Shown piece by piece: positions 14,225 to 28,117 of a DNA stretch of 61,484 nucleotides (its first letter is position 1; each line of letters opens with the position of its first letter). The notes under the pieces are model-generated. The model saw only the letters and a program-made list of their open reading frames with translations. It was not told the origin of the DNA and did not search any database. The DNA lies in NCBI GenBank assembly GCA_025201805.1, contig MU619306.1, positions 16,772 through 78,255 on the forward strand, written 5' to 3'. The stretch comes from Parasitella parasitica NRRL 2501. Taxonomy: Eukaryota > Fungi > Mucoromycota. A program made the translations under genes and the position numbers.

Positions 14225-15198
14225 ATGCCTCTAAAACAGATATCTGAAAAGGATTGTTGGTTCATTATAGGAGCTCACCAAGCTGGTGCTACAGAAAGAC
14301 AGTGCTCCGAATTATCTGGTCTCTCAAAGACTGTAACTCACAACATCATTACAAATTTTAAAAAGCTGGGATCGCCTCATGCATCCAGCTTGTCTGTGAA
14401 TGCGTTGATGAATAGTAAGTATATGTATTTGCTTTCACATGTGTATAATTGCGTATATCAGTGTGCTAATACAAAAGTGTGCAGGCCCTGAGAAAAAACG
14501 CAAGCTCAGGGATGAAGAATCAAAGGTGCGCATTTTGTTGAGCATTACACACAGGGCAACATAAACTAATTTTGAAACTCATGCGTATAGAATGTCCCTC
14601 GCAAGAGAGGTAGACCTCGCAAGCCCATTGAAGCACCTTTTTTTACCCGCTCCATTGTGCGCGATGTCCTGAAGCAAGCTAGAACAGATCAGGTAATGTT
14701 TTTTGCATTGTGCTGGAGTCTTTAAATCACGTGGTTACTAAATGCTCTCCTTATATGACCAAATAGCCGGTGTATGACGTCCATGATTCACCTGCAATGT
14801 ACCCGTTGGAGCGACTCAATACCCCACCTACAGACGAAGACTCGCAACATTTGGATGTGCCCTCAGGCAGGGAAACCAAAAAATTGAGACGCGAGTCTAT
14901 CAAAGAAGAGATGCTACCCTCTACTCCAGGATCAATTATTGCCCTGGACGAATCAGACGACGATGAGAGTGGCACTTCCACATGGACGATGGACGATGAT
15001 AAAGAGCTATTGGAGCATGTGCTTGGATTACCTGTGAAAAATGTTAAATGGAAAGCAGTGGAGACTCAATTCAACGACAGACACTTGGCCAAGATGTGTT
15101 CAGAGCGTTGGGATTATTTAAAGAAACAATTAATTAAAGATATTCATCATGTGTTAATTGAAGAGCGAGATGGCAATGACAATGGCGGTGATACTTGA
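14225..15198 (+). CDS. Putative DNA-binding protein: N-terminal HTH, AT-hook, C-terminal Myb/SANT-like domain (multi-exon)
   Basis: Exon 1 IIGAHQAGATERQCSELSGLSKTVTHNIITNFKKLG (Tc1/paired-like HTH); exon ~14591 RKRGRPRK AT-hook; last exon WTMDDDKELL...KWKAVETQF...MCSERW. Confidence 0.7.
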
Positions 15199-15299
15199 TA
15201 CAGTCAAATTATATTAAATAAATTCTGCGGTTTGCAGTGGCGAAAAGAGAGAATCAATGTAAATATCTCTTGTTCTCTCTCTCCCCACACTCGCAAGCA

Positions 15300-15335
15300 C
15301 GCACACAAACACATACACAAACACACACACACACA
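15300..15335 (+). repeat. Imperfect (CA)n microsatellite
   Basis: Direct read of sequence. Confidence 0.8.
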
Positions 15336-15753
15336 AATAGATCCACACATTCAATCAAAATGCACCTGTATATTTAGCCTGACGATCTTTCTTTAACTGT
15401 GCAATGGTTTTATATTTTGTCCCTCAGTCAATAAAATGGTGCTACAGGGCCAATTATTCAAGTGTAACCAACTTCAACGTGCAAACTGCCTATATTATAA
15501 CAGAAAGGCATGGTTTAATGAACGTCAGTGCTCCCATTAAACGAGAGCAAGCATAACCAAATGCTCCTTATATTCCCTCTCTTTTTTTTTCTTGTTTCTT
15601 TTGTGATTTATACCCTCTTTTTCTTTTATTCCCTAATCATCCTCTCATTCGAATCTTGTTTGTATAATAAAGAGGTAGCTTTCTGCTCAGTTACTTTTTC
15701 ATTATAGACACATCTTTTTCTTCCCTTCTTCTTCCCTTTTTCCTTGATCAATT

Positions 15754-17322
15754 ATGAAAGAGATCAAGTGGCAATTTTCAATACATTTTCTTGTCTTAAC
15801 GGCCTTATTTGCATTGGCAGGTAAAACTTATACTGTGTATATATATATAAAAAAAAAAAGGTTTAAGGTTGATTTGAAGTCTCATTGAATATCCTCATTT
15901 TTAGTTAGTGCGGCTGTCGCTAACGAGAAGCGGGATGATGGCAAAGCAACAAGAGCTACTGCTATCATTAACGATCGCCATCACAAGAAGAATTACCATC
16001 TCAACCGCTCTAATTCAATTCCTGCAAGAGCAACAAAGACTATTAGAAACTGTTTTTTAGCCACGATTCAGCAAAAGAAGCTAGCAAAATCTTCGGGACA
16101 CCATAAGCTGCCTGACATGCAAACGGTTTATGTATGTGATAGATCTAAGCATACGATAATCGTTAGCAAAAAACACTCTTTAAAGAAATTCGGCCGTCAT
16201 TCCTCTCGTAAAAAGAGCGTCGATCCAAAGAAGAAGCATAAAAAGGACACCAAAAGCAAACTTAAAAAGCATATTGCAGGCAAGCACAAAAAGCACACGA
16301 ATGGCAAGCACAAGAAGCATACGAATGGCAAGCACAAGAAGCACGCTAATGAGAAGCACAGTAATGACAAACACAAGAAGCATGATACGATGATTAAACA
16401 TAAAAATCACTCGACTTCTTTTAAATCAAAGAAAGTTAATACTGTAACCACAACTCATAACTCTAGTGAAACGCCAGTTTTGCCTGCTTCAATTACTGCC
16501 ATGACTACTACTGCTTCTACAAATAGCTATAATGGTAATAATGCTAATACTAGTGATGGTGCCACCGACAGCAGCAATGATATTAACAACAATAATGATG
16601 GCAATGACGAGGATGGCAATAGTGATGATGGCAATAGTGATGATGGCAATAATGATGATGGCAATGACGAGGATGGCAATGATGATGCTGCAAGTAATGA
16701 TGATCAAGATTCGGCGCAGGATGCTACAAGTACAGCATCTGCTGTTCCTCTGGGTGCTGCTGCTGACGCTAATGCTTCTATTACTACCGCAACACCAGTT
16801 GATAACAATAATCAAGTATCTGGCCAAAGTATCAACAATGGTCAAGCCATTGAAAACACACCTCAGAGTAAAATCATTGGCGTTTCTGTTGGTGCAGTTG
16901 TTGGTTGTCTGGCTGCCGCAGGTTTAGCTGGAATGTTTATTTATAAACGCAAACAAACATCCCAACACGATCAAGATATTGAAGATTTGAATCAAACAAG
17001 CGAAGTCAATACTCGCTGGCGTACACAGTCCTTCATGGCCGTGGTTGCTGGCACTGTTGCCAAGTTGCCAAAGCGTAGCAATTCATCTGGTTCAAGCAGA
17101 TCGGTTGGTGTTTTGAAAAGTATTCGTAGAGCAGCAAGTAATGCATCTAGTAAATTATCAAGAACAGCCAGTAATAGATCTAGTACGAATAGCTATGGTA
17201 TTGCCATCTCTGGACCTATACCTGCTATTCAACGCATTGACGGTGATCAGGCTCAATATTTCGGTGAACCAGAGAGCCCAACCGCTACGACACAACATCA
17301 TTTTCATACACATGCTTATTAG
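15754..17322 (+). CDS. Single-pass cell-surface protein (signal peptide, Lys/His-rich then Asp/Asn-rich ectodomain, Mid2-like TM and tail)
   Basis: MKEIKWQFSIHFLVLTALFALA signal, intron, then long exon; TM IIGVSVGAVVGCLAAAGLAGMFIY followed by KRK; Ser-rich tail. Confidence 0.75.
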
Positions 17323-17519
17323 AAGTAATAAAGACTTTCAACTTTTACAACATAAACGAGGAGCTTCTTTTTCTTAGGAGCTTATTTAGCATGCTAATAG
17401 TCATTGTAGATGTTTGAAGGAGCAAATCAAGGTAACTCTATATAGTAGCAAAATGGGTATACTACACAAGGAGTTCGCACCAAACAATGTAGTACCAGGT
17501 TTATTAATTGCTGTGTGTA

Positions 17520-20500
17520 TTATTCTGTTACAGGTGGAGAAGGTGCAACAACATTTAATACTTCGTTCTCATTCCCAAGGTAATCATCGCCATACTGCCA
17601 CGGCTGAGGTCTCATTTTTCTTCTCTGTTGCTGCAAGATAATTTCTTCTGCGTTTATAATGTGGTTGTTGGCTGCATTAACCACTGCATTTGCTGCTGCA
17701 GAGATTTCTTTGGATTGCTGATGTGTTCTTCGACTAGGATTCCTTTGTAGTCCAACAATCGACTTGCAAGTGCGTGTTATCATGTTGATAACGGCGCATT
17801 CGTGGGAACACCATGCTGTAAATTGAGACAACTCGAGTGCTAGATCGATGAAATAAGGCGCAATGATTTCCTCCTGTTTGTGTCGCAGTAATAGAATGCC
17901 TTCGTTCCTATCGACAAGGTCGTGCTCGAGTTTATCATCATCCACCTAAACAAAATATACATCAGTTACATATGCGTCGTATGGAATATATCTCTCTGGT
18001 CTTTCAAGAAAACTTACGGATACAAAGTTAATAAAGTTCATGAAATGATGTGTATTGTTCTACAAAAAGACCTAAAATGAATAGTATGAAATTAACGTGC
18101 TCTTGTAATACCCTACTTGAACAAATTCATTGAGTCGAATCATCCAGGGTTCTTTGGCGTTCTGTTCTATTGTACTATGACTTGCTAGTGTCATTAAACA
18201 TTTGGCGATTAATGTCAGTGTTCGGCAAGTTTTTGTATCCGGATGATCTGCAATGCAGAATTAGTAAAAACAACATAAACATGCGTGTGTGTGCATTTAT
18301 AAACAAACATACCTTGAACGAGCCCAAATTGTTTCGGCGATATGATGGCAGGGCAAATCCATCTTAGAAAAATAAACCCACTAAACGAAGAAGAAGAAAA
18401 AAAAAACATTAAATATCGCAATGCTATGCACAGAGAAAACCTTGTTTTGTATACCTGACACAAGTATATCTCGCTACTTGGTGGTGTCTATCCAATGTTT
18501 CTTTTCCTAAATCAAACTTCTTTACAATAGCAGATTGTAAATGACCAAAGATTCTTCTCAGCTCATTTGGACATTTCGTCTTGGCCCTTTGTATCCCGCT
18601 CCAAATGGATCTAACATGACTGAAGAGCTCTGAACAGTTTGCCATTGTATTTTCGGTTGTACTGTTTGATAAACGAGACGATTCAACCTGGTTTGGAGTG
18701 TTAATTGAAGGGTTGTTGAAATTTTGTCACTTACCTCAATATGGAGACTGAACTTGCAAATCTTTTGAATTGTAAATTGAAGCGCTTCTTCTAGAAACTC
18801 TTTTCCGCTCATCTTCATATAATTATCAATTACTTTGGTGAAGAATGAGTTTCCTCTGCAACTCAATCGTTAGTATGTAATTCCTTTTGTTTGTAAATAC
18901 ATAATTTGGTATTGTACCTGAATAAAATATTGACATCGTCTAAAGAAATACTTGTTAGTTCTCATTTTGCAGCATAAGCCTAAGCTGATGCATACCTGAA
19001 CTTAGCGAGGAAACTTCGTAATCAATCAATGATTTAATCCAAGTTAGTGTTAAACCCATGCCCTCATAAATTCGAAGTAGATTTCGGGCTAAACTTTGAA
19101 CATCTGAGGTTTTCCGAGCCATATCATAGATGATATCATGGCGAAGCTCGGTAAGGACATCCATTAATGGTTGATATATATCCAAGGAAAAGACCTGATG
19201 CTCCTCCAACAATAATCCAACTCTTAGTTGTCCCATGGATCCATGATTTGACCCTAAGCCTGTTAAAGATGCAAATGCCCTATTTCGGCTCTCTTTTCGA
19301 ACTTCGTACCACTCTTCGTGTATAGAGTTGCTGGGATCAATCTGAGACAGAGGCAAGAATACGGTACCTGAAAGTATTATGCTAGTGTTAGGGTTTTGGT
19401 TTAGGATGGCAAACATCAATTATTTACCGTAGACCGTCTCTCTGTCATTTTTACTACTTCGAGAGTAGATTGTGATAGTAAGGCCATGCCTTATTCGTGA
19501 GATATCACTAAACGAAAACTCTTCTCTCCAGAACAAGGTTGGTGTTTTCTTCAGCGACCCAGTCAAACCTCTAATCTCATTATCGATGACAATATCACAG
19601 TAGAGTTCGCTGTGAATAGAGTCTTTGTGGCTCACTTGAAACTTGCGACCTTCAGCAATTCGTACCGTCAAACTGAAAATAGTGCGACAAGTGGATACTG
19701 AGTTTGGGATGGAGACCACTGCATTGTTGTTGCAGATTGATTTGAGACGGACAAGCCATGCATCTCTTTGAACTTTACTGCATGTCATAAGATGATAGGT
19801 CTCAGAAGGCAAAGGTCGAATCACAATACAGTAGCGCATATGATCAACAGAATCCGAGAACGGGTAGATGTCTTGAGGAGATAATGTGGAGAGATTAATA
19901 GGGCGGTGGAAAAAGGAGTTGTCGTCCTAAAAAAAAACCAGCAAGATTCTGTTAATGCCTGTGTGTGTACAATGACGATCATCTAAGAACGACATGCTCT
20001 GTGTACCTTCTCTGTTTGTAAATGAAGTATCCCTTCTTCGAATAATGACACATGCAGGACACATAATGTGCCTGTGTGGTGCGAGGTGCAGCTTAATTTG
20101 TTGATACATAATTCTGTATTTACAGGTTATGAACCGCTATACATTTCTAGAACCCAAACTTACTGTGTATTCTAAACAGCCCTGTCATTTGTATCTTTGC
20201 ATTACTTGGAACACCTGTTGTACTACAGCAATTGATGGGGCAATCTGTCACTGGAACAGGGTAACCAAATAACAATTCGCCATTATTGTTTTCTCCGTTA
20301 TTTACAAAGTTGGTTGGACTTGTTGTTCTATGATTTGACTAATAAAGCGTGAATCATTTGCAAGAGATCTGGTAAAGGGTCTCCATAATGGAAGACTTAC
20401 TGGCGATAAAATGTCAATGCTGTTTCCTTTCTTACTGTAGGGTAAATCCATCTGCAATGTATGCCCAGCAGAGAAGCTCGATTTCTTGGTCAAAAATGTT

Positions 20501-23093
20501 CTATTACTGCCTGATGTTCCCGTTGAAGAGTAGCGAGGATGCTTGCTCTATGAAATAGTTAATTTTGAGCGTACTTTTCAAAAAGAGTCTACTTACAACA
20601 GCTTTTTTGTTAACGGCAGCAGTAGAATGGACTGACGAATGATGCGATATCTTTCTTGTACCTCCGCTGCTGGTTTTGACTTGATGAGGGTTCCAAGATC
20701 TCAATGCCTGCAACCAAGTTGAGAAGTCGACGGCTGTCTCTGCTTGAAGACTGAGACTATTAACCATGGATATTTAGTTGGTTAAATGGTAGAAAAAAAA
20801 AAGAAAGAAAGAGAGAAACAAAAACACTTTACATGTTGCTAGTTCCTTGTGGAGCAAGTTGAATAACAAAATCTCGCTTATCCGTCTCTGATGCATAAAC
20901 ACTTGCAGTTCTTAGATTTGTAACGACAACAGTAGTCTATATATGTATTAAATTACATTTGAATAATCACGGAACAGATAGGTGCGCTTACCACCTGGTC
21001 TTTATACTGCTTCAAATGACCATCGTCTTTTGTGACATAAAAGTAGTATCGGTCCCATTTGCCACCGTGTTGGCTGACTGTATCCTTGTTGTGGGTGTTT
21101 ATGCCGTTCGTGCAATTACTACCGACACCATTTGGCTTTTTCTTCAAAAGCAAGTACCCTTTTGCAGTTATGTGATTAACAGTTGGAATTAAGGAGTGCG
21201 GATTAGTTGACAGTAAGGAGTCTAAACTGTTATATCTCTGCTAATGCAAGACACACGTTATTACCGTACATTGCATACTTTATATATATACATATACGTG
21301 CACAAAACACTTACAACTACTCTTGGCTTGTTTAAAAACGTAAACGGGATGCGCGATGTTGGCGAAGAGGGCCTTGCTTTGATCAAGCCCTCAGTTGGGG
21401 GTGACTTTAATGAATTTTTGAGACATGTATGGTACGATGCTAGCTTCTCTTGTATATAGTAGGCTAGCCTCTCATTATTCAGCTAAAGGAGATTGCATGT
21501 TAGTAGAGTAGTTATTGTCATAATTTGCATCTGCGTATCTGTACCTCATGGTAATCTTCAAACGACGAGCGAGATGGAGGTGATGGGCTGGCTGGTCTGT
21601 TGTCCTCATTCGAATTGTTGGACGAAGTAAATGAGGTGTTTGACATGGATTTCTTTGAATTTACATCATAGACAAAATCTGTCGATATCAGCACAAGCTC
21701 TTCCAGCATCTTGAGATTTCTATGCTTGTCAGATTGAAGACCTTCAAAGAGAGGGCTCAGCTGTCAAGGAGAATAAGAGTAAGACACAGGTGATTTGCAA
21801 GCCTAACGCAACCCCACCTTTTCATTGACCAGATTCCTTGTAGATCGAATCAGGTTATTTAATGCATAAATGTACTCCAATAGGACCTTGCAAAGAGACC
21901 TTTTAGCCACATACAAATTTGTACTGATTTCCTATTATGTACGCGTTAGCAAAAAAAAATCGCCACACACTACATTACATAAAACTTACATCCAGGGACT
22001 TGTTGTTGGTCTGGGATGATTTCAACTTTTGTGCAGCACAGTAACTATTCGATAACTGAACATGCTTCAGTCTCGAGGCACTGACACTGCCTTCAAAATG
22101 CTATAGTATTTAGGAGATCAAGGTCAATATATATATATATATATATATTTAATAAGGAGCAGCAACAATAGCAGCAGACATGTAAGTATTTACCGTTAAC
22201 GTTTCCTTGATTTTTGAGCCATGGTCTCTTAAAAAAGCTGTAACATTATGCATAAATTGGTGAGTTTATCAAAAGAGTACATGTAAGAAAGCTCATGACT
22301 AACGTAAAATGGTTCGAATATCCTCATTATCCCATATCTCATCGTCATCGATTGATTTGCTATCAATGGGCCAGTTTAAATTACTACACTCCTCTGCTGT
22401 GTAAAATGGCTCATTCAGCATTAGCTTGGTTTGGTCGTATAAAAGTGCAATTGATTTGCTGTAGGCTATATATATTATTAGTAAACAAGGGTCAATTTTA
22501 AAAATCGCTGCTTTTTGTGAGAATATGAATCACTGACCAATTTCCAACTGCCTGCACTGTTCTATCTTCTCCAACCAAGTAAGATAGTGGTAGAGCCAAG
22601 TTTCTAAAGATGATAGATATTCGTGGAATACTGGCGAATCAATCCAGATGTCCTCGTATAATATATCTGATGACAGATCCATAACAGGTGCGTTCAATTG
22701 ATGTATTCTAGACGCAATTAGCGTTTTCCGGCCAGGAATTGCGATACTAGTTTCATCATCACTACTTGTGCTAATAGTATCGTCGTCGTTGTCTTCATCG
22801 TCTTCGTCATCTTGGTCGTTGTCTGTGTTCATGTCATATTCACTGTCATCCATATCGCTGCTACTACTGCTAAAATCTGTATCGTTCAATGGTACTTTTT
22901 CTGTGCTACCATGCCACAAAAGTGGCATCTGCGGTGAAGTAGGTCTGGATATAACCGGCTGTATCGAAGAGAGACTAAAAGATGATCTTGTTAATCTTGC
23001 GGTAGACATCAGATCGTCTTGCATGTTTGCATCATCATCATCGTCTTCCAAATGGATAAGCGGTACGCTGCTTGAACGCGATTGCTGGTCCAT
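17520..23093 (-). CDS. Ras GTPase-activating protein with PH and C2 domains (Bud2/Cla2-like, many exons)
   Basis: RasGAP motifs FRGNSFFTK and SGFIFLRWICPAIISPKQFGL, AKNPGWFDSMNEF; C2 segment SLTVRIAEGRK...FWREEFSF; PH-like segments ending WLQALR and WLVRLK; 5' exons linked by GT-AG introns (single gene inferred). Confidence 0.85.
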
Positions 23094-23861
23094 CTTGCGT
23101 ATGTTTGTATCAAAAATAAAAAGAAGAAAAAAAAAAAGATAATGGTAAAGCTACAACCGAATTTTATTAATGTATTCATGTAGCTTGTAATGAAACGGAC
23201 TGATTAAAGTATATACAAATATAAGCTTCAAAATACAGTGTAACCGGCTCCTGCCAACTCAGAGATCTCTCGCCCTTTTTCCCTCTTGCCCCCTTAATTA
23301 CATATCGTCCTCCTTTTCTCTCTGCTTACTTTATTATCCCCTTATTTTCCTCTCCTTAGTAATATATCAGTGAATGAAAGCGAAAACGAGAAAATATTAT
23401 ATAAATACAAATGGTCTTGATGTAAAGGCTAGTACAAGTTGCATGAAATGTGGAAGAAAGTTCACAGATCTTGCTACTAATACATACACAACCGCTATGT
23501 ACAATGCCTGATACATGAAATACCTATAATTTCATAACCAACTAATTTACAACAGTCTAGGATCGTCGTTGGCCAGCCTGTGTATTTATTACCTCGCAAT
23601 AAATGTTTGCCCATATAGCACAACAGCGAGCGTGCCCCTCTCTTTCTTTCTTTCTTTCTCTCTCTCTTTCTTTTTTTGTATCAACAGTGCAAATATAGGA
23701 CACATTTCCCCCTAGAGTGTTGTGTATATAATATCATATTTCTCCATACTTGGGCTGTCTTTTTTCTTTCTTCTTTCTTCTTTTCTTTCTTCTCTTTTTC
23801 ATTTCTTATTACTTGAAATTCAAGGCTGTGCCCTGAGTTTGTATGTATTATACCCAACAAC

Positions 23862-26800
23862 ATGCTGCCATTAAATCTACCATTACCATTATCTACTGAA
23901 ATGACAATGCAATCTTTGATGAAGGAAGCTTCAAATTATCTAGATTCTGGCAGATTAAAGGTACACTCGTTGTCAGTTACTACCTGTGCAATTAAAAAGG
24001 AGACTAACAAAAGAGGGGGGGGGGGCGCCCAATACACTGTAGATTTCCTATGAATTATATATCGAAGCGCTGCTATCAGCCATAAAAGAACTTCAACAGC
24101 TCGAATTCATTGATCATTGCGTAGTGGTTGAAAATAGCGACCTCTCTTCTGTATTTACGTTGGCGCAAACATGCCTGAAGCAGGCTGAAACTATATCGCT
24201 GAAGATTACCCAACGCCCTCCAGTTCCACCAAAACCATACAACCTAAAAATTGCTCCTCCTTTGCCCATGAGACCTGTAAACATGACAAGAGCGAAATCG
24301 AAACCTGAATTTGTAAAAAAGCCTTGTAATTTTACCACCAACAATGTATATACTGACATGGATGATGATGACGAGGATGAGGAGGAGGACGACTATATGG
24401 AATACGATTCTTCTGATGAAGAAGAGGACGATGATGAAGAAGTCATTGTAAATACAAAGTTAAAAGGTTTGTTTGTGTTTCCGTTATACAAGAACATCCA
24501 CATTCTTAATAAACAAAACTAGCATCACAACAAAAAAGGAAGGCTTCTGCTCCATCACTCAAATTACTCAAGACTAGCACCAATCGACCGAAGCTGCCTC
24601 GCAGATCATCGACTTCCAACCTGTCAAGCACATCCGCACCCTCCTCTCCGCTTTCATCCGTATCGATTCCAATAAATGCTGTTAAATCATTCCTATCGCT
24701 CCCAGGCTCCATGGCATCTCACACCACCAATAGAACAGGAATGTATTCAGTCGTAGCAGGGGATTCCAATGGACCAGCGTCGAATGGGGATGACATCTTC
24801 TTGCTAGCAAACAGCACAATCGATCCCAATGTGCTAATTACAGTGCAGACAAGCAACAGCGACAGTCTATCCACACCTACTGGCATTAATAGCAACTATC
24901 TTCCCATGATTCCGCAGGCACCGCTGGTTACTGTCTATCAATCGCTGCAGAAACAATTGGAAGACGCGCTTGAACTCAAGAAAAAGGGCGGCCAAGATAT
25001 AGGATACGCAAACCAGCAGGTGCTAGATATACAATCCTCATTAAATCGAGTGCGGAACATACACATGTCAGCCACGACTGTGCCCACTGTTCTGCAATTT
25101 CAACCTGTCTTGATTGCCTACCAACTAACGCTGATTGACTCAACCATCTTTCGCAACATTCCAGTCGAAGCTATTCTATCGCATGCTCCTAAAACGCCAC
25201 ATCCTTCTATCGTTGCGTCCACCGACTTCTTCAATTACCTCACTCGGCTGATTGAGCATGCTATTTTGCTGCAGCAGGAAGCTTCAGGGCGAGCACAACA
25301 CATCAACCATTGGATCAAAGTAGCGGGTAAATGCCACGAATTGAAAAACTACCAGACGTTGAAAGCAGTAATATCTGCACTGGGTACACCTCCTATCCAG
25401 CGCTTAAAGAGAGCGTGGCAGTTCATCCCTAAAAAAAGCATGCATTTGTTGGAGGATTTGAGCGATTTCATGTCAGAGGCATCTAATTATGGCAAGTATA
25501 GACGGTGTTTGGGATTAACTCAATCCAGCAGTGAAGAAGAAACCAAGAATCGAACAGAGAGCGAGGATAGTACAGTGTCGTCTTCGTCTACTGCCCCATC
25601 CAAGAAATCCAGCACTAGAAAAAACTCATTCAACGAGCCAACTGTGCCGTTTTTAGGCATATTTATCCATGACATGACGTATCTATTAGCAGCTCAATCC
25701 AAGAAGAAGCAACAGCACAATAGCGATTGGAAAATAGAAGCTACAAGCACGACATCTGACGCCATGCACCAAGATTCAAGAGTATCTGAATTGTTGCGAC
25801 TATTCAAAAACCTTCAAAGGAGTCCTCCTTATTCGCCCAACCTCTCTGCTTCCTGTATCAAGGATTTAAACAAGAACAGAAAGCGCAAACTATCGCATGC
25901 ACTGTCCAGAAACGCTGCCATCAAAAGGGCTCCAGCGTATTACCATGACGACGCTGGTGAACTTAGCATCGAGTTACAGCAATGTCTGGTGACTCAATAT
26001 TTGGTAAGCAAAAAATCTCACTGATGCTATTCTTCCAAATTAACAGGCATAATCATTAGTTGACTCGGTCGTGGGTGAGTGAGAAAACTGTAGACGAATT
26101 GAGCTTAGTAAGAGAGCCTACAAAGAGAAGCTTCTCGGTTGCAGACTCTCTATCCAGTCATCAAAATCAACAAGTACCTCCAACACCTCCGCCACTAACT
26201 TCTTCTGTTAGTTTAACAACTACTGATCAGCATCATCAACAGCAGCAGCAAGGGGGCATATTACGAAGCAGCTCAGGTAGTTTCACTAGTGGAGGCAGTA
26301 ACAGTTCCAATAGCCGGCCTATTAGCTTAGAAGACGACCAACAAGAAGCAGAAGTCATGGATAAAAAGAATACTGGGTTTTGGCTATTTGGCAGGAAGAG
26401 TGCAGACCAAGGCTATTTGAAAGAAACATCGGCTTTTGGCACGATGCAAAGATCGCCCAGACATTTTTCATTTGAAGATTTGAATAGGAAACAACATGCT
26501 ACTATACCTTCAATATCGTCTCAAGAAAATAATAGTAGTGGCACATTTCGTATGAATCGAGAAGGGTCTCAGAGCTCCTTGGCTTCAGCTATATTTCGGA
26601 AAGACTTTTGGAAGGGTGGAAGCCAACAACAGCAGCAACAACATTCAAAAGGGCCTTTGACGAGTTTCAACAGTGATCCTTCGCTCATGCAGAGAAAAGG
26701 GTCGACTGCATCTTCAGTCTCAGTTCATCTTTCGCCTTCGACATCTTCGTCAGCTTTATTCACGGCTAGTGCTGTTGCTGCCGCGTCTGCTGCTACTTCT

Positions 26801-27007
26801 GGCAATACAGCAACAGCAGCAGCAGCAGCAGCAGCAGCTACTGTTACACCTTCACCTAGTAGTAGCAATCGAACATTAAATAACAAGAATCTTCGACATG
26901 TCTTATCCTCACCGCATCCATTAGATCTCTCCTCTTCTACTTCACCAACTGCCGTTGCGCCCGCAACAACACCGTTATCTGAGATATCTAGTTTTAATTG
27001 GGATTAA
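23862..27007 (+). CDS. Ras guanine-nucleotide exchange factor (CDC25 domain)
   Basis: IAYQLTLIDSTIF, RAQHINHWIKVAGKCHELKNYQTLKAVISAL, IQRLKRAW, PTVPFLGIFIHDMTY; introns ~23961-24041, ~24467-24522, ~26004-26059. Confidence 0.88.
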
Positions 27008-27267
27008 TGCAATAAAAGTTATTGAGGATTCCATTAAGCTGTAACATGTCTTCAGCAAAACACTATACACATACCAATAAGGTTGAATTTCTTTTTATTA
27101 TGGTACATGATACAACTGCATAAGAAGTGTGTGTATATTTTTATATGTTTTTCTCTATATGACAGGCACCACAGAAAGGGAAACAACAAAGAGGGGGGGG
27201 GGGGAATCAAGAGCAACAGAAAAAACTAAAACAAGGGGAAAAAGAGATAATACAAGAATAAGCATTT

Positions 27268-28117
27268 TTACATCAATATACAGCATTTTGGTGTAGCACT
27301 ATGATCCGAGTTATCTACACCAGATCTATCAAAACTACCACCAGCACTAGCACCTCGTCCTGCACTATAACTAGGCGAATGTCGTTTACCAATCAACTCG
27401 TGTTCCTTATTGTAACGTCGAATATCTCTAACGATTTCATAAAATGCTTCGTCGACATTGATACGGACCTTGGCAGAGGTTTCCACAAAATGACATCTAT
27501 AATGCTTTGCTAAATCTTGTCCTTCTTTACTCGATATCTGGCGATCTAATTCAAGGTCGCATTTATTAGCAACTAAAACCAGGGGGAAATTATCTCTATC
27601 CTTGACTCGACATATTTGTTGGTAGAATGTGTCTATTTCTTCAAATGACATGCGAGAAGTGATTGAATAGACCAGCAAGAAACCCTCGCCATTTCTCATA
27701 TATTGCTCACGCATGGCACTATAATCTTCCTGTGAGCCCTGTTTGTAATGTATCCGAAATGCTCTGACTTTATTTACCTATATTCTTCTTGCCCTGCTGT
27801 ATCCAAAATATCCAGCAGTGCAGTTTCCTCATCAATGACACATTGCTTTCGGTAAGAATCTATCATCAACAAATCAGCAATATGTTTTAACCGGTAGAAA
27901 AAAACAAAAATACCTTCGATAGTGGGATCGTACTCATCAACAAAATGTGATTGTATGAATTGAATAGTCAAAGCAGACTTTCCTACGCCTTGTTTTTATA
28001 TATAAATATCAGTTATGTCACATCATCGTTTAACATTAATTGCTATCAATCACCTCCACCTCCAACCATGACAAGTTTATACTCGCGGACAACCCAAGAA
28101 GCGGCTTTGTTCGACAT
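27268..28117 (-). CDS. ras1: Ras small GTPase (Ras1 type), 4 exons
   Basis: [60 protein letters not shown]-terminal CAAX CCILM. Confidence 0.96.

Noticed and set aside
16489-16927. Met/Ile-rich alternative-frame ORFs
   Set aside because: Shadow frames of the GAT/AAT repeats in the surface-protein gene
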